Shown: positions 54,169 to 64,000, numbered from the stretch's first letter. The stretch is 64,000 bases of DNA from an uncultured Candidatus Melainabacteria bacterium (GCA_945910425.1 CAMDYM010000001.1:1398-65397), one strand, 5' to 3'. Numbers and translations: made by a program. The notes: a model not told the origin generated them from the sequence alone.

Positions 54169-54415
54169 AAACTATTTCCTTTCCTACATAAAATTGAGTC
54201 TATTACTATTCTACCGTTTAAATGAGCGTAAAGGGAAAATATTGCTAATTTTCGTTCATATTTTAATAAAACTTTACATTAAAAGCCGAAAAGTAAGCAG
54301 CATAAGGGTTTCTATTTTTAGCTTTACACGTTGGATAGAATTTGTTTTTTGTGATAAAATTAGTATCAAGGATATGGTTTAATTGGTCAAAAGCCAGATA
54401 TATTTGAGGATATCG

Positions 54416-55384
54416 ATGAAAATAGACAAAACAAAAAAAACTTCAATCAGAAAAACCTTCGGCGAAACTTTAGCGCAAGTCGGAGAACTTAATGAAAAAA
54501 TTATTGTCATGGACGCAGACTTGGCATGTTCAACACAAACAAAAATCTTTGGAGATAAATTCCCTGACAGGTTCTTTGACTGCGGGATTGCAGAACAAGA
54601 TATGATTGCAACCGCGGCAGGATTAGCCTCAGAAGGAAAAATCCCTTTTGTCGCAAGTTTTGCAATGTTTGTTACGGGAAGGACTTACGATCAAATAAGG
54701 AACGGTGTTTGTTACCCTGATTTTAACGTAAAAATTATAGGAACCCACGGCGGAGTAACTGTCGGAGAAGACGGAGCAACCCACCAGGCATTAGAAGATA
54801 TTTCGTTAATGCGCGGAATCCCGCATATGACAGTAATTGTTCCGGCAGACAGCAGAGAATGCGAAGAAGTTATAAAATACGCGGCTCTCCATGACGGACC
54901 GATGTATATTAGGATTTCAAGATGTAATGTTCCAGATATATTTGATGAGCATTATCACTTTAACATTCATAAAGCCGTTGTTTTAGAAGAAGGTACGGAT
55001 GTTTCTGTTTTCACAAACGGAGAAACACTTGCAGAAGTTTTACTTGCTGCAGAAGAATTAAAAGAAGACGGTATTTCTGTTGAAGTTATAAATGTTCCTG
55101 TTGTAAAACCTTTAGACTTCCAAACAGTAATTGACAGTGTTAAGAAAACAAAATTTGCCGTTACTGTTGAAAACCACTCAATTATCGGGGGGTTAGGCTC
55201 TGCAATTTGTGAAACACTTGCAGGCAAATATCCGTCTAAAGTATATAGAGTAGGTATTCATGATGAATTTGGTCAAAGCGGCAAGTCTGATGAACTTGTA
55301 GAATACTACGGACTGGATGCTAAAACTTTGGCTAAACGAATCAGAACAATGTTTAAACAAGAAAAAGAACAAGGAAATATATAA
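54416..55384 (+). CDS. Transketolase, C-terminal (pyrimidine-binding) subunit
   Basis: RKTFGETLAQVG, DADLACST, FDCGIAEQDM, GATHQALEDISLMRGIP. Start at ATG 54416 with a GAGGA RBS. Confidence 0.9.
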   Translation: MKIDKTKKTSIRKTFGETLAQVGELNEKIIVMDADLACSTQTKIFGDKFPDRFFDCGIAEQDMIATAAGLASEGKIPFVASFAMFVTGRTYDQIRNGVCYPDFNVKIIGTHGGVTVGEDGATHQALEDISLMRGIPHMTVIVPADSRECEEVIKYAALHDGPMYIRISRCNVPDIFDEHYHFNIHKAVVLEEGTDVSVFTNGETLAEVLLAAEELKEDGISVEVINVPVVKPLDFQTVIDSVKKTKFAVTVENHSIIGGLGSAICETLAGKYPSKVYRVGIHDEFGQSGKSDELVEYYGLDAKTLAKRIRTMFKQEKEQGNI

Positions 55385-56061
55385 TGATAACTTTTCAAAA
55401 TGTCACCAAAAGATATAAAAACGACCATTACGCTTTAAAAAACGTAAGCCTTGAGATACATTCGGGTGAATTTGTATTCATAGTAGGAGCTTCGGGTGCG
55501 GGTAAGTCTACACTGATGAAACTTTTATACAGTGAAGAAAAACCGACCAGCGGAATTATATCTATCGGCGGACTTAATATTGCAAACATTGCAAACAAAA
55601 ACATTCCAAATTTAAGAAGATGTATGGGAATTGTTTTTCAGGATTATAAATTACTAAACAATCAAACCGTATACGATAACGTTGCATATGTTATCAGAAC
55701 ACTCGGCATCAGCAGTAAAGAAATTGATGCCAGAGTAAACGGAGCATTAAAAATTGTAGGTTTACACGAGAAAAAGAATGCAAAACCTACCGAATTATCA
55801 GGCGGAGAACAGCAAAGAGTAGGTATTGCAAGAGCAATCGTAAACGGACCACCGCTTTTGATTGCGGATGAACCTACAGGAAACTTAGACCCTAAAAATT
55901 CTTTGGAAATTATGCAAATTCTTGCTCAAATCAACCAAAGAGGAATTACTGTCATTGTATCAACACATGATCATACGATGGTTGATTATTTCAGAAAAAG
56001 GGTTATAACTCTGGATCAGGGAGAAATAGTAAGAGATATACAAGCAGGTACTTATGAATAA
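55384..56061 (+). CDS. ftsE: Cell division ATP-binding protein FtsE
   Basis: GASGAGKST, LSGGEQQRVGIARA, LLIADEPTGNLD. 225 aa, followed by ftsX. Confidence 0.88.
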   Translation: MITFQNVTKRYKNDHYALKNVSLEIHSGEFVFIVGASGAGKSTLMKLLYSEEKPTSGIISIGGLNIANIANKNIPNLRRCMGIVFQDYKLLNNQTVYDNVAYVIRTLGISSKEIDARVNGALKIVGLHEKKNAKPTELSGGEQQRVGIARAIVNGPPLLIADEPTGNLDPKNSLEIMQILAQINQRGITVIVSTHDHTMVDYFRKRVITLDQGEIVRDIQAGTYE

Positions 56062-56953
56062 AAATTTAAAATCTAACGTAAAAAGACATATACCAAAAGA
56101 TTGGCTGTGTGAGTTAAGAATATTATACAGGCTGGGAAAAGAAACATTAAACGATATTATAAGAACAGGTTGGGTTAATGTTGTTATAATTACCACAATG
56201 GCTGCAATCCTTATGATATTCGGGGCATGCTTTCGTTCTGCATTATCAATTTCAGCATTCTCAAAAGAACTTGGAAGTGCTTTAGAAATTTCTGTATATT
56301 TAAAAGACAGCGCAGATATAGGAACAGTTAAGCATGAAATTCAACAATTTGAACATGTCGAACTTATTACAGTAATCCCGAAAGCTGAATCATGGAATAA
56401 ACTTAAAAACGAAATGAGCCTGCCAAATATTGATAATCCACTGCCTGATACCCTTCATGTCAGAGTAGACAAACCTGAAAGTTTACAACCAGTTTTTGAC
56501 AATATAAAACAGATAACATCAGTTGAAGATATGAGTTATGCTAAGGATTTGGCTTCAAAAATCGAGCTTGTTAACCATGTTTTAAAAACAATTACACTTG
56601 TTGTAATCGCGATTATGGGACTTTTAACAGTAACAATTATTAATAATACCATTCAACTTGTAATCCAATCAAGAAAAGATGAAATAGAAATTATGCGACT
56701 CATGGGTGTAAGCAACTGGTATATAAGGTTTCCGTTTATTATGCAGGGTGCGTTTTACGGATTTGCAGGCTCTCTTCTTGCCTTGATTCCGCTAAATTAC
56801 ATTCAAAACGGACTTGCTAATGTTCATAAATTCTTTATGATACCGTCACCGCCGCATGCTCAAAGCTTAGTAATACTTGTTATGTTTTCAATGAGTATAC
56901 TTTTTGGATCTGTCGGAAGCTTTGCTTGTATAAAAAAACATCTTCAGGTATAA
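56054..56953 (+). CDS. ftsX: Cell division permease FtsX
   Basis: 299 aa. One TM, then a periplasmic domain, then three C-terminal TMs. MRLMGVSNWYIRFPF is typical. Overlaps ftsE by 8 nt. Confidence 0.82.
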   Translation: MNKNLKSNVKRHIPKDWLCELRILYRLGKETLNDIIRTGWVNVVIITTMAAILMIFGACFRSALSISAFSKELGSALEISVYLKDSADIGTVKHEIQQFEHVELITVIPKAESWNKLKNEMSLPNIDNPLPDTLHVRVDKPESLQPVFDNIKQITSVEDMSYAKDLASKIELVNHVLKTITLVVIAIMGLLTVTIINNTIQLVIQSRKDEIEIMRLMGVSNWYIRFPFIMQGAFYGFAGSLLALIPLNYIQNGLANVHKFFMIPSPPHAQSLVILVMFSMSILFGSVGSFACIKKHLQV

Positions 56954-56959
56954 ATATTT

Positions 56960-58210
56960 ATGACAAATAATAATATATTATTAATTACGGATGAAAATGA
57001 AATTTCAGACTTGTTATTATCAAAGCTCGTTTTATTAAGAGCAAATGACAGGCTTGAGGTCTGCGCTCTTAAAGATTATAAAAAGTATCTTAAGAAAGCT
57101 GATTTTCCGGTTATTATTCTACACGAATTTGAAGAGCCTGATTATACAATAAAAATTATACGAAACTTAAAAGAAAATCACCCTGACTCAGAGCTGCTGC
57201 TGCTTTTAAATAAAAAAAACAAAGATTTGATTCTAAAAGCTTACGATGAAGGGATTTTTGATTACTTTTTCATTGACTCTGAAGACTACGAAATGCTTAT
57301 TAAAACAGTTAACTGCATTAAATTTCGTATTAATAAAGAAAAAGAACTTCGAAACGAAAAGTTTTTATACCAGCTTGGAGTAATAGACAGCAAAACAAAT
57401 TTATATGATTATAAGCATTTAAAAGAAATATTTATTGATTTATCAGAAAATTTACGCATAAAAAACGGAATATTTTGTGTTCTGACATTAGATAAAAAGA
57501 TAAGAACAAAAGTTTCCACAAACAGATTGGCAGGACTACTTAAAAACAGCCTGCGAAAAGACGATATCGCAGCAGCCGCAAAAGGCGGGAAATTTTATAC
57601 AATATTTCCAAATATTGACCTATGCGGAGTAAAAGCCGTTATAGATAAACTGCAAAACAAAATGGGAGAAGATTTACCAATAAGAGCCGGACTTGCAAAA
57701 ATCGGAATACGATCATTTGAAACCCTTGACAAAATTGCTAACGACAGCTTAATTTCAGCATCACAAAACGATGTAACAACAGTTTGTCTTGAAGATAACA
57801 GTATTAATGGATTAAGCTCCTGGCTTGATGATGATACCAATATTGAACCACAAAAAACATTTAAATTGTTTAAAAATGCTTTTTCAAATAAATTGGATAA
57901 TATTATTACACCTCTGTTTTTCAGGTTTCAAAAAGACTTTGAAACAAAACTTACAAACACTCAGGTAAGCCAATATGCAAATGACATAGAAAGCGTTTTC
58001 AGCCTGAAAAACGAAAAAATACACAGCGAACTTATAATAAGATATGACGGATATGCAAAATTTAATATAAAGCTTACTCACAGCGGACTGGAAAGTGCTG
58101 ATGATACAAAAATAGAAATTCCGTTAAACAAACTGACTAACAAATTATTAACTTCGCTGCTAAATCAACTAAAAGATGAATATAAGCAAACAACATACTC
58201 AGAAAGGTAA
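56960..58210 (+). CDS. Pseudo-receiver plus degenerate GGDEF-like domain protein
   Basis: Receiver-like fold, but His sits where the phospho-Asp is expected (PVIILHEF). IDSKTNLYDYKHLKE... resembles the start of a GGDEF domain, with the active-site position reading AAKGGKFYTIF (GGKF instead of GGDEF). Confidence 0.45.
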   Translation: MTNNNILLITDENEISDLLLSKLVLLRANDRLEVCALKDYKKYLKKADFPVIILHEFEEPDYTIKIIRNLKENHPDSELLLLLNKKNKDLILKAYDEGIFDYFFIDSEDYEMLIKTVNCIKFRINKEKELRNEKFLYQLGVIDSKTNLYDYKHLKEIFIDLSENLRIKNGIFCVLTLDKKIRTKVSTNRLAGLLKNSLRKDDIAAAAKGGKFYTIFPNIDLCGVKAVIDKLQNKMGEDLPIRAGLAKIGIRSFETLDKIANDSLISASQNDVTTVCLEDNSINGLSSWLDDDTNIEPQKTFKLFKNAFSNKLDNIITPLFFRFQKDFETKLTNTQVSQYANDIESVFSLKNEKIHSELIIRYDGYAKFNIKLTHSGLESADDTKIEIPLNKLTNKLLTSLLNQLKDEYKQTTYSER

Positions 58211-58216
58211 ATAAAT

Positions 58217-58768
58217 ATGTTAAATATAGAAGATTCAATACTTATAATAATTGATATTCAGGAAAGACTGGTACCGGCTTCAAAATACGGAGCAGAATCA
58301 GCTCAAAATATGACAAAATTATCTAAAGCCGCAAATATATTGTCAATTCCGACAATACTAACAGAACAATATCCGCAAGGACTTGGCTCTACAGTACCGC
58401 AGCTTAAAGAAACATTGGCAGCAGATACATTTGTAACAGAAAAAACATCATTTTCAGCAATGTTAACACCTGAATTTAATAAAAAAATTCAAGAATTAAA
58501 AGCTGCGGGTAAAAAACAAATAATTATAGGCGGAATAGAAACTCATATTTGCGTCCTTCAAACCGCCGCAGACTTAATAAAAGAAGGATTTGAAGTCTAT
58601 GTGGTAAAAGATGCCTGCGCCAGTCGAAATAAAAGCGAGTACAAAACAGGACTGTCACTTCTTCAACAATACGGGGCAAAAGTGACATGTGTTGAAATAG
58701 CATTATTTGAGTTGTTAAAAACCGCAAAACATCCTAATTTCAAAGAAATTCAAACACTTATCAAGTAA
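58217..58768 (+). CDS. Isochorismatase-family cysteine hydrolase
   Basis: LIIIDIQERL, IIGGIETHICVLQTA, VKDACASR. 183 aa. Confidence 0.8.
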   Translation: MLNIEDSILIIIDIQERLVPASKYGAESAQNMTKLSKAANILSIPTILTEQYPQGLGSTVPQLKETLAADTFVTEKTSFSAMLTPEFNKKIQELKAAGKKQIIIGGIETHICVLQTAADLIKEGFEVYVVKDACASRNKSEYKTGLSLLQQYGAKVTCVEIALFELLKTAKHPNFKEIQTLIK

Positions 58769-58769
58769 G

Positions 58770-60545
58770 TTAAGGATTTAAGACAGCCATTTCACAATTT
58801 TTACAATCAAAGCGAAGAGGGTACTTTTTACCCTTTTCGTCTTGTAAAAAGAGTTTTTTGCAAGGTTGACCACAAAGTCCTGATGCAAATTTCAAACAAT
58901 GTTTAGTGCGCATAAGTTCTATTCCTGACGGAATTTTAGTACATTCTTCCAACGCACCTTCACAAACCTCACATCCGCACTTTTCATAAAAAGATTTTGC
59001 CTCATTATTATAAACATTTCCTCTATAGTCAATTTGCTTTGTTGGAAATTCACTATAACCAATAGGCTTTTGAGGTAATCGTTTAAAATTAGCCAATCTT
59101 TCATTCATTAACAAACTTAACAATTCACGCCTAAATTCATTGATTTTTGATAGGGGTAAATATGATAAATTATCATCTTCAAGTTTGATTGAAGTTACGT
59201 AAAACTCGCTATTACCGGTCTTTTGAAGCTGTGATATTAAGTTTTCTTTCATTTTTTCCAAATCTTTTGGAACTTCACCCTGTGGTAAATTAGCGCAAAC
59301 CCTATTAGAATCTTCATCTACAATAGTTACAACACCGTCTTTAATAGAGAAAGAAACCCCGATTTTACGTACAGTTTTAGAGTTTTCCAATAGTTTTTCA
59401 AATTTAGCATCAAAATTACGATAAAGCACGGTATTAGAAGTAATTCCGTCCATTTTACTTGGATAAACCTTCTTCCCTTCAACTTTATTCACTAAAAATC
59501 CGGTCATTTTACCGTCTTTTATAAAGCAAATACCGTCTTGCGGATGAATATCAGCATCAATTTCAAAATAATTATGGAATATGCGTTTAACCTTGCCGAG
59601 CTTTTCACCGCGAGATTTTGGCGATAAAAAGTTAAAACACTGACCGCGTTCATTCAAAAAATAATCAGTATAACCGCGATTAAAGGTTTTATCAACATTA
59701 GGTTCAAAATCTGCAAAAACCTTCCCTGAAGACGCTCTTTTTGCGTATTTATTTAACAAATTATTATAAAATAAAGTAACATTTTTTACATAATTAACAT
59801 CTTTTAAGCGTCCTTCAATTTTAAAAGATTTTACCCCGAAATTAATAAGTTTTTCAATACTTTCAGAGGCATTAAAATCTTTTAAAGACAATAAATATTT
59901 GTCTTTTAATATAACTTTTCCGTTAGAATCGACTAAAGAATACTTTTTACGACAAGGTTGAGCGCACTCGCCGCGATTAGCCGAACGTCCCCCGTTAGCG
60001 TATGATAAATAACACTGACCGCTGTATGAAACACATAAAGCCCCGTGAACAAATGTTTCTACCTCGCAAGATGTATTTTTACAAATTTCTTCAATTTTTT
60101 CTAAAGAAAGTTCTCTTGCCAAAATTACACGAGATACCCCTAAACTATCGAAAAATTTAGCCTTTTCAAGTGTTCTGTTATCGCACTGGGTACTTGCATG
60201 AATTTGAATATTGGGTATTTTTTCCTCAATTGCTGCTTTTAGCAATCCCATATCCTGAACAATTATAGCGTCAACACCAATATTATATAGTTTTTTCACT
60301 AATTCAATAGCATCATTAAACTCAGAATTATTAAGAATTGTATTAATAACTACGTGTATTCTTACATAAAACTTATGAGCATAATTTACCAGTTTTTCTA
60401 TATCATCTAAAGAGTTTGGAGCATTCTTACGTGCGCCAAAATTTGTCGCTGCGATATAAATTGCATCCGCACCACTATTTATTGCAGCAATTGCTGTTTC
60501 ATAATTTTTTGCCGGAGCCAGTAATTCTACTTGTTTCATAGTCAT
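58770..60545 (-). CDS. Peptidase U32 family protein (long form with Cys-rich C-terminal extension)
   Basis: ELLAPAKNYETAIAAINSGADAIYI..NFGARK, VINTILNN, EVETFVHGALCVSYSGQCYLS, CAQPCR. 591 aa. Confidence 0.8.
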   Translation of the reverse strand: MTMKQVELLAPAKNYETAIAAINSGADAIYIAATNFGARKNAPNSLDDIEKLVNYAHKFYVRIHVVINTILNNSEFNDAIELVKKLYNIGVDAIIVQDMGLLKAAIEEKIPNIQIHASTQCDNRTLEKAKFFDSLGVSRVILARELSLEKIEEICKNTSCEVETFVHGALCVSYSGQCYLSYANGGRSANRGECAQPCRKKYSLVDSNGKVILKDKYLLSLKDFNASESIEKLINFGVKSFKIEGRLKDVNYVKNVTLFYNNLLNKYAKRASSGKVFADFEPNVDKTFNRGYTDYFLNERGQCFNFLSPKSRGEKLGKVKRIFHNYFEIDADIHPQDGICFIKDGKMTGFLVNKVEGKKVYPSKMDGITSNTVLYRNFDAKFEKLLENSKTVRKIGVSFSIKDGVVTIVDEDSNRVCANLPQGEVPKDLEKMKENLISQLQKTGNSEFYVTSIKLEDDNLSYLPLSKINEFRRELLSLLMNERLANFKRLPQKPIGYSEFPTKQIDYRGNVYNNEAKSFYEKCGCEVCEGALEECTKIPSGIELMRTKHCLKFASGLCGQPCKKLFLQDEKGKKYPLRFDCKNCEMAVLNP

Positions 60546-60627
60546 ATTTTATAACAAAATTATCAATAAATCGTAATATTTAGAATAAATTTTACAATTA
60601 ATGATAGAATTTTAATAAGAGGAAGAC

Positions 60628-61932
60628 ATGAAAATATCACTGATAAATCACGGATGTGCAAAAAACCTGGTAGACTCGGAACTTTTACTTGGGATACTGG
60701 ATGGAAACGGATACGAAATAACGTTAGACGATAATGAAGCAGATATTGTCATTGTAAATACCTGCTCATTTATTCATGATGCGGAAAAAGAATCTGTTCA
60801 AAGCATTTTACGCCTGATTAATGAAGGTAAAAAAGTTATAGTAACAGGCTGCCTTTCTCAAAAACATAATCAGGATTTAAAAGACGCAATCCCGGAGATT
60901 TCGGGAATGATTGGGACATCAAATCTTAACGATATTGTTGATATAATTAAAAATATCGAAAAAGAAGGTAAATATAAAAGTTTAATTGAAGAAAAACCTA
61001 AATATATTTACCCTGAAGAAGTTAAGCGCCAACAAATTACAGTGGGAGCCAGTTCATATCTTAAAATCGGCGAGGGCTGTAATTACCAGTGTGGATATTG
61101 TATAATCCCCAAACTTCGTGGTAAATACATTTCAAGACCGATTGAAAACATTGTAAAAGAAGCAAACGAGCTTGCCGATAAAGGTGTAACCGAAATTATA
61201 CTAATCGCTCAGGATACTTCATCATACGGCATTGATTTATACGGGAAACAGGCTTTACCTCAATTGTTAGAAGAACTTAACAAAATAGAAAAAATTTCCT
61301 GGATAAGAATTATGTACGCTTATCCGACTCAAATGACTGATGAATTAATTGACGCGATTGCAAGACTTGATAAAGTAGTTAAATATGTTGATATTCCGCT
61401 TCAGCACTCACACCCGAGAGTTCTTGAATCTATGAAACGCCCTGTCATGGATTACACAGAACTTGTTAACAAAATAAGAGAAAAAATTCCGGGAGTATCT
61501 GTCAGAACCTCGCTAATTGTAGGTTATCCGGGAGAAACTGAAGAAGAATTTGAACATTTGTATAGTTTTGTTAAAAATATTCGCTTTGACAGAATGGGTG
61601 CATTTGAATATTCAAGAGAGAAAAACACCTATTCATACGGGTTAAAGCCACAAATTCCTGCTAAAATCAAAAAAAGCAGAAGAGATAAATTAATGAAATT
61701 ACAGCAAAAAATTTCATTAGAAAATAACGAAAAATATATAGGTTCAACTCTAAAATGTATCGTTGAGGGATACTCAGATGACGGAGTTATTATTTTACGT
61801 TCAGAACACGACGCACCTGAAATTGATGGCGTCGTATATGCAACATCAGAAAATCCCGTTGTTCCGGGAGATATAGAAGAAGTTAAAATTACAAAAGCAG
61901 ATGAATACGATTTATTCGGAGAAATAGGTTAA
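60628..61932 (+). CDS. rimO: Ribosomal protein S12 methylthiotransferase RimO
   Basis: MTTase N-domain LINHGCAKNLVDSE..NTCSF, radical SAM CNYQCGYC, C-terminal TRAM domain. 434 aa. AGAGGAAG RBS. Confidence 0.88.
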   Translation: MKISLINHGCAKNLVDSELLLGILDGNGYEITLDDNEADIVIVNTCSFIHDAEKESVQSILRLINEGKKVIVTGCLSQKHNQDLKDAIPEISGMIGTSNLNDIVDIIKNIEKEGKYKSLIEEKPKYIYPEEVKRQQITVGASSYLKIGEGCNYQCGYCIIPKLRGKYISRPIENIVKEANELADKGVTEIILIAQDTSSYGIDLYGKQALPQLLEELNKIEKISWIRIMYAYPTQMTDELIDAIARLDKVVKYVDIPLQHSHPRVLESMKRPVMDYTELVNKIREKIPGVSVRTSLIVGYPGETEEEFEHLYSFVKNIRFDRMGAFEYSREKNTYSYGLKPQIPAKIKKSRRDKLMKLQQKISLENNEKYIGSTLKCIVEGYSDDGVIILRSEHDAPEIDGVVYATSENPVVPGDIEEVKITKADEYDLFGEIG

Positions 61933-61936
61933 AAAT

Positions 61937-63394
61937 ATGGAATATATAGAAAATAAAGAGTTGGAAGAAAAAGAAGTTAAGGGCATATTTACGGATATGA
62001 TTAAATATGCACCGTCTAAACTGTGCGGAATGCTTGGTAATGTTATAACAGTCCCGATTTATACAAGCTTATTTTCGCAAGAACAGTACGGCTTATATAC
62101 AATTTCAATTGCAATGCTGTCTTTTCTTTGCATAATCTTTTCCGATTGGGTAGGACTTTCAGGTTTAAGATTTTTCAGACATCACCAAATCAGCGAAGAT
62201 TTGCCAAAATATTTAACAACATTGGTAACAATTTTAACCATCAACATGCTGTTAATGTTTACAATCTCATTTATATTCAAAGACAGCCTGTACAGTTTTT
62301 TCCATGTGCCATTTAAGTACTTCTTATCAGTACTTTTACTGATAATTCCTGTTGCGGTAAGAGCATTGCTGTCACAGATTATAAGGGCTCAGCTAAAATC
62401 TATATCATACTCTTTAACCACAATTCTTAATCAATTTGCAACAATTTTCTTAGCTGTATTTTTTGCAAAATTCTTTAACTTAGGAGCAGCCTCAATTTTA
62501 CTTGCAATGGGTGTTTCTATCTCACTTATAGACATTTTACTGTTATACCAAAGTGAAATTTTAAAAGTATTCAAATTCCAAAAAATAGAGTGGAAATTTA
62601 TATTACCAATTATAAAATACGGTATCCCGATAGCTGCAACGTCGCTTAGCGCTTGGATTATCACCCAAAGTAACAAATTCATCATGAACAGTATAAGCGG
62701 GTTTTCAAAAGCCGCATTAGTAGGTGTAGGTTACGGATTAACTTTACCGATATTAATGACATTGTTTGCAATGATTACGGTTGCTGCAATCCCAAGAATT
62801 ATCAATCTTTACGAGGGCAAAATTGACGTAAGACCGATTATATCAAGATTTTTAGGATATTACATTCTTGTAGCTTTGCCTGTAATAACCGTCATGTCTT
62901 TATATAGCGTAGAATACACCCACATGTTTGTCGCAAACCCTAAAATGTATGAAGCTTATAAACTTGTACCATTTTTCTCATTTGGGGTATTTTTCCTTGC
63001 GATGACTGATTACACAACTCTTCAATACCACCTTGCAAATAAAACCCATATTGAATTTATTATCAAGGTAATCTCAGGAATAATCGGGGTTATACTAAAC
63101 TTTGTTATGATTCCGAAATTTGGTTTAATCGGTGTTGGTATTGCAACCTTTAGTGCAAATTTCTTATACTTTTTGTTAAGTATTATAATTGTGTTACCAA
63201 ATCTTAACATAAAATTTCCAACAAATACCGTAGCAAAAATGCTTATTTCAGCTATACCAACAGGATGTATTTTGTATACATTCAAGATATACAACATACA
63301 TATTCCTGCTAAGGTGCAGATGTTGTTAATATTAGCCATTTTCTATGTCCTGTATTATGTTGCAGCGAAAAATTTAATTATTAAGAAATCGTAA
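61937..63394 (+). CDS. MOP-superfamily polysaccharide/oligosaccharide flippase (Wzx-like)
   Basis: 485 aa with about 14 TM helices and an N-terminal pattern typical of polysaccharide biosynthesis (Polysacc_synt) proteins. Confidence 0.65.
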   Translation: MEYIENKELEEKEVKGIFTDMIKYAPSKLCGMLGNVITVPIYTSLFSQEQYGLYTISIAMLSFLCIIFSDWVGLSGLRFFRHHQISEDLPKYLTTLVTILTINMLLMFTISFIFKDSLYSFFHVPFKYFLSVLLLIIPVAVRALLSQIIRAQLKSISYSLTTILNQFATIFLAVFFAKFFNLGAASILLAMGVSISLIDILLLYQSEILKVFKFQKIEWKFILPIIKYGIPIAATSLSAWIITQSNKFIMNSISGFSKAALVGVGYGLTLPILMTLFAMITVAAIPRIINLYEGKIDVRPIISRFLGYYILVALPVITVMSLYSVEYTHMFVANPKMYEAYKLVPFFSFGVFFLAMTDYTTLQYHLANKTHIEFIIKVISGIIGVILNFVMIPKFGLIGVGIATFSANFLYFLLSIIIVLPNLNIKFPTNTVAKMLISAIPTGCILYTFKIYNIHIPAKVQMLLILAIFYVLYYVAAKNLIIKKS

Positions 63395-63581
63395 TATTTC
63401 AAGTACTATTAGCAATTTTATTTTTTTTCAAACGTTATATTTTTTATAAGGTCATGATGTGACATGGCTTAAAAAAAAGTAACAAATCCACATTTTACAG
63501 TGTGCTTGGGCTAGAATAAGTTTATCTAGCCGGATTATCGATAATAAATAGAATTAATATAACGTTATGAAAGGATTTAAA

Positions 63582-64000
63582 ATGAGAAATCGCAGCAGAC
63601 GCTTAAGAAGAATAACAGCAGCAGCTCTTACTACGTTATTCTTATCTCACCAAACAATGCTATTATCTGTTGTCGCTACAGAAATTTCAGGAGTAACGGG
63701 CAATAACGGAGTATACAATATTGACCCGACAGCAATGATTAACGGTACAAATATAGGTTACAGGAAATACACAAACTTTAACCTTTCTGAAGGTGATATT
63801 GCAAACCTTATTTACAAATACGGAAAAAACAACGTTGAAACATTTGTAAACCTTGTAGATAACCAAATTAATATCAACGGTTTAGTAAACACTATGAGAG
63901 ATGGTAAATTCTACAACGGTAAAGCAATCTTTGTTTCACCAAACGGAATGATTGTCGGAGCTTCAGGGGTATTAAACGTTGGGTCTTTGGGCGTTTATAC
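63582..64000 (+). CDS. Two-partner-secretion exoprotein (filamentous haemagglutinin-type TPS domain), N-terminal part; the gene runs off the right edge
   Basis: Arg-rich extended signal MRNRSRRLRRITAAALTTLFLSHQ. TPS-domain motifs NIDPTAMINGTNIGYRKYTNFNLSEGDIANL...FVNLV...ININGLV...IFVSPNGMIVGASGVLNVGSL (NPNG-type motif). AAAGGA RBS. Confidence 0.75.
   Translation, partial: MRNRSRRLRRITAAALTTLFLSHQTMLLSVVATEISGVTGNNGVYNIDPTAMINGTNIGYRKYTNFNLSEGDIANLIYKYGKNNVETFVNLVDNQININGLVNTMRDGKFYNGKAIFVSPNGMIVGASGVLNVGSLGVY

Noticed and set aside
53406-54225. Alternative-frame ORFs within the Pro/Gln-rich gene
   Set aside because: They arise from the repetitive composition. Only the minus-strand 350-aa frame has an RBS, a continuous structured C-terminal domain and a terminator downstream.
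1-64000. Mobile elements, prophage, CRISPR-Cas, restriction-modification or known defence islands
   Set aside because: I saw no transposase, integrase, recombinase, reverse transcriptase, cas, methyltransferase/endonuclease pair or terminal inverted repeats. The S74/tail-fibre-like genes are not accompanied by any other phage structural or lysis genes.

Overview
AT-rich (by eye about one third G+C), densely coding 64 kb bacterial chromosomal segment. I can support about 55 protein genes on both strands, one tRNA-Leu(CAA), one long-form SRP RNA and several clear rho-independent terminators. There is no CRISPR array, rRNA, transposase, integrase or prophage block. Most of the window is housekeeping: rpsA, valS, metK, typA, dnaX, miaA, ftsZ, nadK, argS, ftsEX, rimO, a split transketolase, two PlsC acyltransferases and orphan gcvPB. 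It also holds anaerobe oxidative-stress genes (desulfoferrodoxin and ferritin), a flagellar fliJ-fliK-hook fragment at the left edge and a TpsA-type exoprotein start at the right edge. Gene content (flagella, many prepilin-like N-termini, 4-domain S1, split transketolase, low GC) fits a gut anaerobe such as a non-photosynthetic cyanobacterial relative (Melainabacteria/Vampirovibrionia). That assignment is inference only. Four things stand out. (1) A compact cassette at 3182-4921 has two proline-rich peptides with iterated PPVMAG-x-V cores followed by a radical SAM/SPASM enzyme, a candidate RiPP-like system. (2) Three paralogous proteins flanking metK combine a prepilin-type N-terminus, tail-fibre/YadA-like 14-15-residue repeats, a variable distal tip and a C-terminal S74 self-cleaving intramolecular chaperone domain. 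One of them carries a glycine-zipper membrane module. (3) There is an 870-aa cysteine-rich pseudopilin, plus a smaller pilin-like gene interrupted at an A7 tract that is also a potential -1 slippery site. (4) A conserved GC-rich structured motif directly abuts the stop codons of both ftsZ and argS. All functional calls rest on motif recognition in the supplied translations; no database search was possible.
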